From NCBI GenBank assembly GCA_051874735.1, contig JBJEGD010000042.1, positions 1-64,000 on the forward strand: DNA of 64,000 bases. The letters run 5' to 3'. The translations under genes and the position numbers were made by a program. The notes beneath the pieces were generated by a model. That model was not told the origin of the DNA and searched no databases. It saw only the letters and a program-made list of their open reading frames with translations. Shown here one piece after another: positions 46,603-56,950 of the stretch; the stretch's first letter is position 1; the number at the start of each line of letters is the position of its first letter. Source of the stretch: Candidatus Bruticola sp. GTDB taxonomy: Bacteria; Vulcanimicrobiota; Xenobia; Xenobiales; Xenobiaceae.

Positions 46603-48114
46603 CTAAGCCTGCTTACCGCTTTTTAAATGCAAGTACTCTAGGTAGTCGTACATAAGCCGGTCAAAGTCATAGAGATCTTCCCGACTCCATAACGCCTCGG
46701 TACAATCGTTAGCTGAGAAATAAGCTTCCACCGCTTGGGCGAAATAGTTAACAGGATCAGCGCATGACATAGGATCGGGAGCGCAATGGCCTTCTAAAGC
46801 CGTTTGGCAAGCCTGAGCGTTGGCCTTAATTACTGGAGACTGCAAACTAGCGAAACTTCCTTCACCTAATGCATGATCCCAAGCCATACCGAAATAGTAC
46901 AAAGCTGGATGAAAACCATACAGAGCTTCAGAAGCTTCTTCAAGAAAAATATCCTCAGCTATCAAACAAATGCGTTCTTCAGGAAGATAAGCCCCATAAC
47001 CTATATTTTTTTCCTTAAGATCTGAATCTGCTTGACATACCCGGCGAACTAATTCTTGATGGGATAGCAACTCCACTTTAAGCCCGTCGCGCATGCAAGC
47101 ATCTAAGACCCCCTTGCCAAAACGGCTCAGCAAAATGCGCAGAGATTCTCCCGCCTCAGGGGTAGAACGACAAACGATAAGCTGATCGAGAACCTTTTCC
47201 AGCTCATGGGGAACTTTCAATGTCTCTGTTTCGCGCTTCATTTTTGAAGTGCGTCCGGAAATCTCTACTACTTCAGGCACAGCTTCATGGAAGATAAATC
47301 CCTCAGAATTATCTAGCAGCGATGATATAAAACTGCTACCAGCAGCAGCTCCCGCCCCTTTATCAGTCTTGGCCCTGGAATTAGAAAGATCGACATCTTC
47401 GCCAGCAGGAACCACCGTTTCTTGAGCAGAGACAGAAACTTTAACAGCTCGCTCCGCAGACTGCTCGGAATCTTGTTCAGCAGTCACAGTAACCGTTGGC
47501 ACTGCCTTGTCGATAGCAGTTTCTTCGTTGTTTGTTTCTTCATCGCGGGCTAAAGCTGCAGAGAGAGCCGCTTCTCGTCCGCCTTCCAAATCTATTACAG
47601 CATCATTACCTAAATGATCACTATGCTGAATTTCTTTTACTGGCTGTTCAGCAGTTGGCAGCTGAGGCTCTTCATTAACTTCGGGAAGCAGCGGCTCAGC
47701 CTGAGCAACCAAGTTAGAACCATCTGAAGAATTAGCGCTGCCCGGATCGGACTCGGCTATAGCGTCTATTAAGCTGGCACCTTGACCATCATCGAAAAGA
47801 GTATTCGCCGAGCGCATGGCTGCTTTTCTGTCTTCTTCTTCGACATCTTCTTCCCACATTTTGCGAAAGAGAGCCGCCCCACCTCCACCGCCTCCACCAC
47901 CGACTAAATCGTCCATACCGCCAAGCATATCTTCGCCCATATCAGAAAGGTCTGAACTAAATTCAGCGGTATCGTCTATATAATGGCTCTTGCGTACACC
48001 GGCTTTTTCTTTACGTTCGCGCATCATATTGGTACGCAAACCATCACTAGAGCGCTGCGTATTTTCCAGCATACGCTGATTCTGCGAATTCATTATAAAG
48101 ATAGGATCCATCAT
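46603..48114 (-). CDS. Disordered acidic N-terminus plus inactive lethal-factor-like (ATLF) zincin domain
   Basis: GYGAYLP, LYYFGMAWDHAL (HExxH position degenerate), NYFAQAVEAYF (EYFAE position degenerate), REDLYDFDRLMYDYL. Confidence 0.65.
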   Translation of the reverse strand: MMDPIFIMNSQNQRMLENTQRSSDGLRTNMMRERKEKAGVRKSHYIDDTAEFSSDLSDMGEDMLGGMDDLVGGGGGGGGAALFRKMWEEDVEEEDRKAAMRSANTLFDDGQGASLIDAIAESDPGSANSSDGSNLVAQAEPLLPEVNEEPQLPTAEQPVKEIQHSDHLGNDAVIDLEGGREAALSAALARDEETNNEETAIDKAVPTVTVTAEQDSEQSAERAVKVSVSAQETVVPAGEDVDLSNSRAKTDKGAGAAAGSSFISSLLDNSEGFIFHEAVPEVVEISGRTSKMKRETETLKVPHELEKVLDQLIVCRSTPEAGESLRILLSRFGKGVLDACMRDGLKVELLSHQELVRRVCQADSDLKEKNIGYGAYLPEERICLIAEDIFLEEASEALYGFHPALYYFGMAWDHALGEGSFASLQSPVIKANAQACQTALEGHCAPDPMSCADPVNYFAQAVEAYFSANDCTEALWSREDLYDFDRLMYDYLEYLHLKSGKQA

Positions 48115-48190
48115 ATCGCTCTTACCTTCGCTTCATAAAGGTAATTCCTTCATACCTTTAGTTTACGCTTATGTAGCGATCTGACAAATC

Positions 48191-48247
48191 AAAAAAAAGC
48201 TGCAGCACCGGATTTAGTATCATAAATTCCGGACTCGCTGCAGCTTT
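48191..48247 (-). terminator. Intrinsic terminator after trpB
   Basis: AAAGCTGCAGC...GCTGCAGCTTT with an 8-A run (U-tract on the minus strand). Confidence 0.75.
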
Positions 48248-48290
48248 ACGTATCTCAAATTACAGCACTAACTGGCCACAACTTTAGCGC

Positions 48291-49526
48291 TTACTTAATA
48301 AGATAATCTTCACCATAACCGTAATTTTCAATAATATAATCCATGTCTTTGTCACCACGGCCAGAAAGATTGACCAAAATAGAGCCATGAGCCTTATTTC
48401 TAGCCAGCTTCATAGCGTAAGCTAGAGCGTGAGAACTCTCTAAAGCCGGAATAATTCCCTCGTACCGTGAAAGGTTATAAAAAGCTTCTAAAGCTTCTTT
48501 GTCACTTACCTTATCGTAGACAACACGACCTAAGCTGTGCAGAAAAGCATGCTCTGGACCGACTGAAGGGTAATCCAAACCAGAAGCGACAGAATAGACG
48601 GGAGCGGGGTTACCTTTTTCATCTTTTAACATTAAGCTGTTAAATCCGTGCATAACGCCAGGAGTGCCGTAAGTAATACTGGCGGCATGGTCGCCCATAG
48701 AATCTCCACGTCCCAAAGGCTCAACTCCGTAAATTTTGACTGGATCGTTCAAGAAGGCGCCGAAAAGTCCCATAGAATTGCTGCCGCCACCGACACAAGC
48801 CACCACAGCGTCAGGTAGAAAGCCCATCATGTCCAAAAACTGCTCACGAGCTTCAATCCCTACAACCATTTGAAAATCACGGACAATTAAAGGAAATGGA
48901 TGGGGGCCAACAGCAGAACCGATACAATATATAGCCGTCTCGTATTCCTTCAAATAGGCTTCAAAAGCGGCATCGACAGCTTCTTTCAATGTTTTTAAAC
49001 CGTGAGAAACAGGGACAACTCTGGCCCCTAAAAGCTTCATGCGCGACACGTTAGGGGCCTGCTTCTTAATATCTACTTCTCCCATATAAATGTCGCACTC
49101 TAAGCCAAAATAAGCGGCGGCAGTGGCTAAAGCCACACCATGCTGACCAGCGCCAGTTTCAGCTATCAGCTTCTTTTTGCCCATAAATTTAGCTAAAAGT
49201 CCCTCGCCCATACAATGATTGAGTTTATGCGCTCCAGTATGGTTAAGATCTTCACGCTTTAAATAAATTTGCGTATGGCCTAATAAGTTCGAGAGACGCT
49301 CACAATGGTAAACCGGAGTCGGACGCCCTTGAAACTCCCGGCGAATACGGCGCAGCTCTGTAACGAACTTAGAAGAATGGCATATAGTACGATAAGCCTC
49401 AGTAATTTCTTCAAAAGCAGGAACGAGCTGTTCAGGCAGATAGGCACCTCCAAAGGGGCCAAACATGCCTTTTGAGTCGGGATAATCTTTTAAATATGTG
49501 TCAAAATCTACATTGTTCTTAATCAT
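48291..49526 (-). CDS. trpB: Tryptophan synthase beta chain (stand-alone)
   Basis: [20 protein letters not shown] (PLP lysine), [37 protein letters not shown]; ATG at 49526 follows GGGAG. Confidence 0.96.
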   Translation of the reverse strand: MIKNNVDFDTYLKDYPDSKGMFGPFGGAYLPEQLVPAFEEITEAYRTICHSSKFVTELRRIRREFQGRPTPVYHCERLSNLLGHTQIYLKREDLNHTGAHKLNHCMGEGLLAKFMGKKKLIAETGAGQHGVALATAAAYFGLECDIYMGEVDIKKQAPNVSRMKLLGARVVPVSHGLKTLKEAVDAAFEAYLKEYETAIYCIGSAVGPHPFPLIVRDFQMVVGIEAREQFLDMMGFLPDAVVACVGGGSNSMGLFGAFLNDPVKIYGVEPLGRGDSMGDHAASITYGTPGVMHGFNSLMLKDEKGNPAPVYSVASGLDYPSVGPEHAFLHSLGRVVYDKVSDKEALEAFYNLSRYEGIIPALESSHALAYAMKLARNKAHGSILVNLSGRGDKDMDYIIENYGYGEDYLIK

Positions 49527-49766
49527 TAAAAATAACTCCCAACTAACCGATCGAAACAAAAGAACCGGCAGAAACTAAAATACTGACTGCTGACGCATGA
49601 GCCCAGTTTAGCACTTGAAAGAGAATTAAGAAAATAAAAAAGTTCAATTAATAAGAAATATTTATATTTTTTTTATGTTTTAATATTAAAAAGGGAATAT
49701 TTATATTTTTTATCCTAAGATAAAAACAATAAACAGGCATAAAAAGTTGCTTTATCGGTTCCAAAA

Positions 49767-52700
49767 TTAATTTACAAAACAATTTTCTCCCAAAAGTCGG
49801 CTCAATTCAAAACGAAGTTCACTGGAATCAGCAACACAATAACTGCGACTTAAGCGGATTACCGTAGTACGTTCAGTATCGTGAACATGTACAAAAACGA
49901 AGCTATCGCCACGATAACGCAGCAAAATTTCTCTAAAATTCCCTACAAGATGGCGCTGATTAGAAGATATACTAATATTGAGGCCTTTTAAACTTTTAGC
50001 TACAGAGTCATCAAATTTTTTGTCAGCTTTATTGCCAGAAGCTAAAATAAAATTGACGTCGGTAACCTCAATAGTATTAATGCGGTATTTTTCTTCTTCA
50101 GGCTCAGACGACTCATTGGTTAAAATTTCTTCCTCATCACTGTCTTCATCATTATCTTCAAAGACAGGCTGAGGCGCAGGGTTGAAACCGTGATCAATTT
50201 CTACAGCACCCCGCACAATAATAACTTGGCCCTCCCCACATTTTTCTATATTGGCCTCAAAATCGCGAGGTTTTAAAGAGAAATCTACTGTACCTGTAAA
50301 ATCTTGCACCGTGACAAAGGCCATTTTCTCTTTGCGTTTAGTTACCACCGTGCGACAAGCCGTCACTAATCCCCCGATTTTAACAACGCTGCCCACCGCT
50401 GATCCTAAATTATCGATGGTATGAGTAACGTTTTCTTTTAAAACCTCTTTGTAATCTTCCAAAGGTGACCCTGAAAGATACACACCTAACATATCTTTTT
50501 CAAAATCGAGTAGTTCACGCCGACTAAATTCCTCTTCATGCTGGCGAATCACACAACTAACGTCATCTTGATCGCCATCGTCATCTGTACTGCCGAAAAG
50601 ACCGCCCTGAAATTCAGCGGCTTCACGCTGGCGCATCTTCATATATTCTGAAATATGGTCTAAATTACTCAGTAAAGTAGCTCTGTTAATACCAAAGATA
50701 TCGGTCGCTCCAGACTTAATAAGTCCTTCCCACACTTTTTTGTTTACATAGCGCGGATCTACTCTAGAGCAGAAATCGACCAAATTTTTATAAGGGCCAT
50801 TAGCTTTGCGCTCATTTACAATAACATTGACAGCGCCAACTCCCACGCCTCGCAAAGCAGCCATTCCCCAACGCACAGCCCCATTACTTACAGAGAAACT
50901 GGCTAAGGATTCGTTGATATCAGGCCCCAGCACCTCCAAACCGGAACTGCGACACTCGTGAATAAAAAATGATACTTTTTTTATATCATTCATAACGCTG
51001 GTCATTAAGGCAGCCATATATTCCGGCCGATAATAAGTTTTTAACCACGCAGTCTGGAAAGTGACCATCGCGTAAGCTGCTGAATGGGATTTATTGAAAC
51101 CGTATTCAGCGAAATTAGCCATAGTTTGGAAAATATCTTCAGCACACTGTCTATCTACGCCGCGTTCTTCAGCTCCATTAACAAAGTAAACACGATGTTC
51201 AGCCATGACGTCTTTTTTCTTTTTACCCATGGCCTTGCGCAGTTTATCAGCTTTAGCCATAGTATATCCAGCTAAAGTAGTGGCCGTCAGCATGACCTGT
51301 TCTTGATAAAGGAAAAAGCCGTAAGTATCAGCTAAAATGTGTTCCAATTTAGGGTGAGGGTAGACTACTCCTCCGCCGCGACCGTGACGGCGAGCAATAA
51401 AATCATCGACAACGCCTCCTTTGATAGGACCAGGACGATAGAGAGCTAAAAAAGCGACAATATCGGTAAAACGATCTGGTTTCAGCTGCTTTAAATAGCG
51501 CTTCATACCGTCAGATTCAAGCTGAAAAACTCCGTTGGTATCGGCGGCGGAAAGCAGAGCATAAACATTCGGATCTTCATAGTTTATATCTTTATTAAGA
51601 TCGATCTTTTTGCCCCTAGAGTACTCGATAATTTTTAAACAATTATCAATTACTGTTAAGTTACGCAAACCCAAAAAGTCCATTTTGACCATGCCAACTT
51701 CAGCAGAATCATTCATATCATACTGTACTACCACATCATCGCCGTTTTTTTGCAAAGGAACCAACTGGCCCAGCGGCAGACTGGAAATAATAACGCCTGC
51801 TGCATGCATACCTGTATTTCGGGCCATTCCCTCGCAGCGTCTGGCTTCATCTACTAATTGTCGGTACGTGTCATTACTCTCATACAATTTTTTAAAATCA
51901 GGACTGTTGAGAGCCGTCTTTAAATTAATTTTCGGTTCATCGGGAATAGCTTTACAGAGTTTACCGACGTCGCTTAAAGGCACGTCCATTACTCGTCCCA
52001 CATCGCGAACGGCATTTTTAGCTTTCATGCGCCCATAAGTAGCGATCTGTGAAACGCGATCTTCACCATAACGTTCACGGCAATACTGAATAACTTCGCC
52101 TCGTCTATCAACACAAAAATCAGTATCAATATCAGGTAATTCTGTTCGTTCAGGATTTAAAAAGCGTTCAAAAAGCAGATCGTATTTGAGCGGGTCTAAT
52201 TGAGTTATCCCTATTAAATAGGCTACTAATGAACCGGCAGCCGAACCACGCCCCGGCCCCACGGGAATGCCGTGTTTGCGCGACCAGTTAATAAAGTCCC
52301 AAACCAGCAGGAAATAGTCAGGGAAACCTTTACCAATAATAACATCGAGCTCAGTTTCTAACCTGTCAAGATATTGCTGTCCAGGTTCAAGCGTGCCAAA
52401 ACGTTCAAGCAGTCCTTTGCGGCAGAGGTCTTTAAGGTAATCGGTGCTGTTAGTTCCCTCAGGAACCGGAAACTTAGGCAAGTAAGTAGTACTAAAATCC
52501 ATTTCAAAGCAACACCGCTGAGCCACAAGCAAAGTGTTGTCCACTGCTTCAGGGCAGAAAGAAAAAGCTTCCAGCATTTCCTCCCGCGTTTTTAAGTAAC
52601 ACTCCGGGCAGGAATGTAAACGCTTCGATTCACTTAAAAGTTTGCCGGAGCCGACACAGATAAGCGTGTCCTGTACATCGGTATCTTCTCTGTTCAAAAA

Positions 52701-53321
52701 GTGAGCGTCGTTTGTAGCCACCACTTTCAAGCCATGCTCTCGAGCCAATTTTATAAGCAGTGGATTAGTCTTTTGCTGCTCTTCCAAGCCATGGTTCATC
52801 AGTTCCACAAAGAGATCGTCTGAACCAAAACATTTTTTCAAAAAGGCCAGACGCTGACTAGCTAATTCATAATTATCATTTAAAAGAGCGTCGTTAACTT
52901 CGCCGCGCAAACATCCGGTCAAAGCCACTAAGCCCTTGGCGTGCTTTTCCAAAAGTTCATGATCAGCACGCGGTTTATAGTAAAAACCATGCAGATAGGC
53001 TTCAGACACTATCTGACACAAATTAGAGTATCCTTCGCGATCCTTAGCTATTAAAGTTAAATGAAAGTAGTGCTTATCTAAGTCGACTTCACGATCAAAC
53101 CGCGTGCGGGGAGCTACATATATTTCGCAGCCTATAAGGGGCTTAATGCCAGCATTTACACAAGCATGATAAAATTTTACACACCCTCCCATAACACCAT
53201 GATCGGTAATAGCCAGGGCCGGCATGCCGCAACTTTTAGCTTTACTTACAATATCGCTAATGCGGTTAGCCCCATCCAGCAAGCTATACTCGGTGTGAAC
53301 ATGTAAATGAACAAACGACAT
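49767..53321 (-). CDS. dnaE: DNA polymerase III alpha subunit
   Basis: PHP motif HLHVHTEYSLLDG, GPGRGSAAGSL, PDIDTDF, KMDFLGL, YGFNKSHSAAY, C-terminal OB fold. Confidence 0.98.
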   Translation of the reverse strand: MSFVHLHVHTEYSLLDGANRISDIVSKAKSCGMPALAITDHGVMGGCVKFYHACVNAGIKPLIGCEIYVAPRTRFDREVDLDKHYFHLTLIAKDREGYSNLCQIVSEAYLHGFYYKPRADHELLEKHAKGLVALTGCLRGEVNDALLNDNYELASQRLAFLKKCFGSDDLFVELMNHGLEEQQKTNPLLIKLAREHGLKVVATNDAHFLNREDTDVQDTLICVGSGKLLSESKRLHSCPECYLKTREEMLEAFSFCPEAVDNTLLVAQRCCFEMDFSTTYLPKFPVPEGTNSTDYLKDLCRKGLLERFGTLEPGQQYLDRLETELDVIIGKGFPDYFLLVWDFINWSRKHGIPVGPGRGSAAGSLVAYLIGITQLDPLKYDLLFERFLNPERTELPDIDTDFCVDRRGEVIQYCRERYGEDRVSQIATYGRMKAKNAVRDVGRVMDVPLSDVGKLCKAIPDEPKINLKTALNSPDFKKLYESNDTYRQLVDEARRCEGMARNTGMHAAGVIISSLPLGQLVPLQKNGDDVVVQYDMNDSAEVGMVKMDFLGLRNLTVIDNCLKIIEYSRGKKIDLNKDINYEDPNVYALLSAADTNGVFQLESDGMKRYLKQLKPDRFTDIVAFLALYRPGPIKGGVVDDFIARRHGRGGGVVYPHPKLEHILADTYGFFLYQEQVMLTATTLAGYTMAKADKLRKAMGKKKKDVMAEHRVYFVNGAEERGVDRQCAEDIFQTMANFAEYGFNKSHSAAYAMVTFQTAWLKTYYRPEYMAALMTSVMNDIKKVSFFIHECRSSGLEVLGPDINESLASFSVSNGAVRWGMAALRGVGVGAVNVIVNERKANGPYKNLVDFCSRVDPRYVNKKVWEGLIKSGATDIFGINRATLLSNLDHISEYMKMRQREAAEFQGGLFGSTDDDGDQDDVSCVIRQHEEEFSRRELLDFEKDMLGVYLSGSPLEDYKEVLKENVTHTIDNLGSAVGSVVKIGGLVTACRTVVTKRKEKMAFVTVQDFTGTVDFSLKPRDFEANIEKCGEGQVIIVRGAVEIDHGFNPAPQPVFEDNDEDSDEEEILTNESSEPEEEKYRINTIEVTDVNFILASGNKADKKFDDSVAKSLKGLNISISSNQRHLVGNFREILLRYRGDSFVFVHVHDTERTTVIRLSRSYCVADSSELRFELSRLLGENCFVN

Positions 53322-53379
53322 AACAGAAATAGGCTCCCCTTATTTGTAAATCAAGAAAAAATTCTTATGCAGATTAAAT

Positions 53380-53982
53380 TTAAATGCAGATACAGTTGTT
53401 CAGCAATTTTATAATCTCAGAGAGAGTAACCCCTACAGAAATATCCCCGTTTATATGATGGAAACAAAAATTGTCATTTATAGCTGCCACTTTAGGGCGC
53501 GGCTGAAACTGCCAGACTCGATGCAGATACTGTTCCAACAAGGAATCTCCAGGAACTGTAACAGCAATTAAAACCTCAGCGGCAGCCATTCCCTGCAATT
53601 CAACCTCTCGAAAACACCATTTCCAGGACACAGGGTCAAATTGAGTAATTTCTAACAAATAAGCAGTTAACGAACTCATCAGCTGACCGCTGACAAAATT
53701 AATAGTAATTTTTTGTTTGCGGGCCCAATCGAGACACGACCAAACTGAGAGCAACGATACCAGGGCATTGTCATTCATACGCCAGAACTCCATTTCTAAA
53801 TTAAGACGTTCTGCATAGACTTTATCAAGACGAGATTTATTAAAACGCTGAATTATGCCACCCCGACAGAGCTTATCAAGAAACTGCAGATTTGATTTTC
53901 CGTCAGGTGCTGTAAAAAGCAGCGGTTCGTTCTCAGTTATATGCATTTTCTCTCCCCAGGCCGAACGCAATAGCTTAGCCAA
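53380..53982 (-). CDS. Degenerate, truncated DnaE-like protein (catalytic residues absent)
   Basis: FLDKLCRGGIIQRF...YAERLNLEM...VWSCLDWARKQKI...SLTAYLLEITQFDP aligns to DnaE YLKDLCRKGLLERF...YLDRLETEL...VWDFINWSRKHGI...SLVAYLIGITQLDP; start overlaps the proB stop. Confidence 0.75.
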   Translation of the reverse strand: MAKLLRSAWGEKMHITENEPLLFTAPDGKSNLQFLDKLCRGGIIQRFNKSRLDKVYAERLNLEMEFWRMNDNALVSLLSVWSCLDWARKQKITINFVSGQLMSSLTAYLLEITQFDPVSWKWCFREVELQGMAAAEVLIAVTVPGDSLLEQYLHRVWQFQPRPKVAAINDNFCFHHINGDISVGVTLSEIIKLLNNCICI

Positions 53983-55096
53983 TAATCATATTGTCGCAGT
54001 GCACCACATCAGCATAGGCAGGATGGCCTAAAATAGACGCAGCTTCAGAATTGGGCCGCCCAGCGATTAAATTCAACTCACCGCTGCTGTAATTACTCAG
54101 TCCGCGAGCGAAAGGAACTCCTTCCCGCCCCTGCACAACAATAGTAACTAAATCACCCGCTTGAAAATGACCGCTGCAGCCTATACACCCCACAGCTAAC
54201 AAGCTGCTGCCTCCACCAGCCAGTGCTTCTGCCGCTCCTTTATCGATAATTACAGTGCCTTCCGAACGGGCAGCTTCTGCTAGCCAACGCTGCCTACTGT
54301 TGAGACGATTTTCCGCACCTTCAAAAAGAGTACCTAAAGACTCTCCAGAGGCCAAACGCAATAATACGTTTTCTTCACTCGCTGAAGCTATGACCATGGC
54401 CCCACCGTAGCGCATCACCATTTTAGCGGCTCTCAGCTTAGAAGCTAAGCCACCAGTGCCTCCCTTTGTAGTTGTACCGCGATCGAGACTCTCAATTTCT
54501 GGAGTAATTTCGCTAATATGCTCAATCACGTGTTCCTCCGCCCCTACTCCAGCCAAAATGCCAGGTACCGAAGTTAAATTCACCACGACGTCGGAATTTA
54601 CTATTGAGCCTACCATAGCCGCTAAGCTATCATTATCGCCGAAACGTATTTCTCCAGTTGATACTGAATCGTTTTCATTAATAATTGGCAGAATGCCGTA
54701 ATCTAGAAGCGCATTTAAAGCGTTGCGAGCGTTCAAATAACGATCGCGGGCGGCGATATCATCACGAGTTAGTAGCACTTGCCCGACTTTTATGCCTAAC
54801 ATAGCAAAAAGATTTTTATAACTGTTCATAATTTCTACTTGCCCCATAGCTGCTAAGGCCTGCTTTAAGGGCAAATTTTCGCCACATCCCTCAAGCCGCA
54901 TAAGCTCACGCCCCATGCCGATGGCCCCAGAGCTTACCAAACAAATTTTACTCCCTTGCTCACGCAGTTTCTGAATTTGAGTGGCTAAACCAAGCATAAT
55001 TTTGCCGTTTAAACGACCGTAACCATCAACACAAACTCTGGTTCCTACTTTGATAATCCAAATTTTAGCATTTCTAAGTGTATCTCGCATAAGCAA
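53975..55096 (-). CDS. proB: Glutamate 5-kinase (with PUA domain)
   Basis: IIKVGT, VSSGAIGMG, KQALAAMGQ, PIINENDSV, FGDNDSLAA, GTGGLASKLRAA, C-terminal PUA. Confidence 0.96.
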   Translation of the reverse strand: MLMRDTLRNAKIWIIKVGTRVCVDGYGRLNGKIMLGLATQIQKLREQGSKICLVSSGAIGMGRELMRLEGCGENLPLKQALAAMGQVEIMNSYKNLFAMLGIKVGQVLLTRDDIAARDRYLNARNALNALLDYGILPIINENDSVSTGEIRFGDNDSLAAMVGSIVNSDVVVNLTSVPGILAGVGAEEHVIEHISEITPEIESLDRGTTTKGGTGGLASKLRAAKMVMRYGGAMVIASASEENVLLRLASGESLGTLFEGAENRLNSRQRWLAEAARSEGTVIIDKGAAEALAGGGSSLLAVGCIGCSGHFQAGDLVTIVVQGREGVPFARGLSNYSSGELNLIAGRPNSEAASILGHPAYADVVHCDNMIIG

Positions 55097-55205
55097 ACTC
55101 TTACCTCATCAGCGGGGAAAATAAAGAAAGCCTCCTTACTTATTAGCAGGAGGCCGCTCCTAAACATTATTAGTTATATAAATTTACGCAGAAGAAAATA
55201 AGCAA

Positions 55206-56840
55206 CTATTTTTTTTCTGCAGAATCTGTTTTGTTATCGGCCTTACTCAAAGACTGCAGCAACTCGCCAGCCTCAGGCATCCCCATCAAAGCTGCTTCAC
55301 TCAGAAGCTGCCGACCCCGCTCCTGATTTACTTCCACTCCCCGGCCTTCTAAATAACATGTGGCTAAAGCAAAAAGAGCCGGCGGATATTTCATTTGGGC
55401 AGCCTTGGAAAGCCAATGGACTTCCTGCTCCACATTTTGCTGCACTCCTTTTCCATCGCGGTAGCAGGCTGCCAGAATAAAAGCGGCCATTTCTGAGCCA
55501 TGTTCTGCAGCTTCACTTAACCAACGAACTCCTTCTGCCTCGTTTTTAGGAACGCCATCGCCCCCTAAATAACATATACCGAGCCTATACTGAGCCAAAG
55601 TGACCCCAGACTTAGCTGCTAAGGTATAGTAATGAACGGCCTGCTGAACATTTTTTTCTACTCCCTCGCCGTTGTGATAGCACTGAGCCAGATTGAACTG
55701 GGCTCCAGAATATCCGCTGTCTGCAGCCAATTTGTAGTAACGAACCGCTTTTTGCAAATCGCGTTTTACACCAATACCACGATGATAATAGGTGCCAACC
55801 GTACTACAGGCAGCAGCGTTTCCGTTTTGAGCACAGCGCAGATAATAATTCAAAGCTTTATTATAATCTTGAGGCACTCCGCTGCCGCGTTCGTAGCAAT
55901 CGGCTAAGAAATAAGCGGCCTTGTTGTCCCCCTGGTCAGCAGCCTTTAAAAACCACTTAGCCGATTCGTTGGGATCAGCCCCCACTCCATACCCCCGCCG
56001 ATAATAAATGCCTAAATTAGTCTGAGCTTTATCGTAACCTTGCTCAGCGGCTTGCAGCAAATACTTAAATGATTCAGAAGGGGAAGCTTTTACTCCGGTG
56101 CCGTTAGCTAAACAGACAGAATATTCATACTGAGCTTCAGCTAATCCCATATGCGCAGCTTTGGCATACAGTTCTGCTGCCTGAGCATGTTGCCCCGATT
56201 CAGTCAAGTTTACAGCTTTAACAAAGATATCATAACCAGGCTGAGCCGTGATATCACGCTTGTTATTTCGATCTGAACTAGCTGCAGATGAAGACATTTT
56301 TCCTGCCTCCTCAGCTTCTTTACTGGAAGCAATTTGACTCCTGGCCCCCTGACTGAGAGCAGAAACAGCCGGATTATCTTTGCCCATAACTTTGGGTGGA
56401 CCGGCTGGACGAGCTGCGGGATAATCGGCAGCTTTAAAAGCAGATTTTCTGATAGATTTAGACGAAGCGTTGGAGTTTAATTTTTCGGATGGAGCTTTAG
56501 AGACAGGTGCAGTCGCAACAGCACTGCGGGATAAAGTTTGCTTCTGGCCTACTTGAGAAGCAGCACTAATTTGACTATCAGCCTTAGAAGAAGGATTTTT
56601 TACAGAGGAAAACGACTCCGTAACCGGAGCGGGCTCATCTTTTCCAGTTGAAACTTTAGCACCAGTCTTTTTAGTACTAGAGGTTGTCTTCTGCTGGGGA
56701 GATGAAGAGACAACCTGCCGACCAACAGGGGCATTTCCAAGTTCCGTCTGCCTATCCGGCTGTTTAGTACAGGCGCACATAGAAAACACGAACGTGCTGC
56801 ATCCCAGAAGCACTACCAATCTACGCCAATTGAGCGCCAT
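55206..56840 (-). CDS. Sel1-repeat lipoprotein with long Ser/Lys/Ala-rich linker
   Basis: Lipobox-like SMCAC; eight 36-aa Sel1 repeats (e.g. AQTNLGIYYRRGYGVGADPNESAKWFLKAADQG); ATG at 56840 follows GGGAGG. Confidence 0.9.
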   Translation of the reverse strand: MALNWRRLVVLLGCSTFVFSMCACTKQPDRQTELGNAPVGRQVVSSSPQQKTTSSTKKTGAKVSTGKDEPAPVTESFSSVKNPSSKADSQISAASQVGQKQTLSRSAVATAPVSKAPSEKLNSNASSKSIRKSAFKAADYPAARPAGPPKVMGKDNPAVSALSQGARSQIASSKEAEEAGKMSSSAASSDRNNKRDITAQPGYDIFVKAVNLTESGQHAQAAELYAKAAHMGLAEAQYEYSVCLANGTGVKASPSESFKYLLQAAEQGYDKAQTNLGIYYRRGYGVGADPNESAKWFLKAADQGDNKAAYFLADCYERGSGVPQDYNKALNYYLRCAQNGNAAACSTVGTYYHRGIGVKRDLQKAVRYYKLAADSGYSGAQFNLAQCYHNGEGVEKNVQQAVHYYTLAAKSGVTLAQYRLGICYLGGDGVPKNEAEGVRWLSEAAEHGSEMAAFILAACYRDGKGVQQNVEQEVHWLSKAAQMKYPPALFALATCYLEGRGVEVNQERGRQLLSEAALMGMPEAGELLQSLSKADNKTDSAEKK

Positions 56841-56950
56841 AAACATTCCTCCCAAAAAAAACCAACCCAATTCAATGAGAACCGCAAAGAACTTTTATCA
56901 GTTCTTAGGCAGCTCCTGCCAAATATTACATAGCGACTAGGACAAAATCT

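Noticed and set aside
41820-48114. Genomic island or prophage integrated at tRNA-Pro
   Set aside because: No integrase or phage gene, and I saw no duplicated tRNA 3' end in the window
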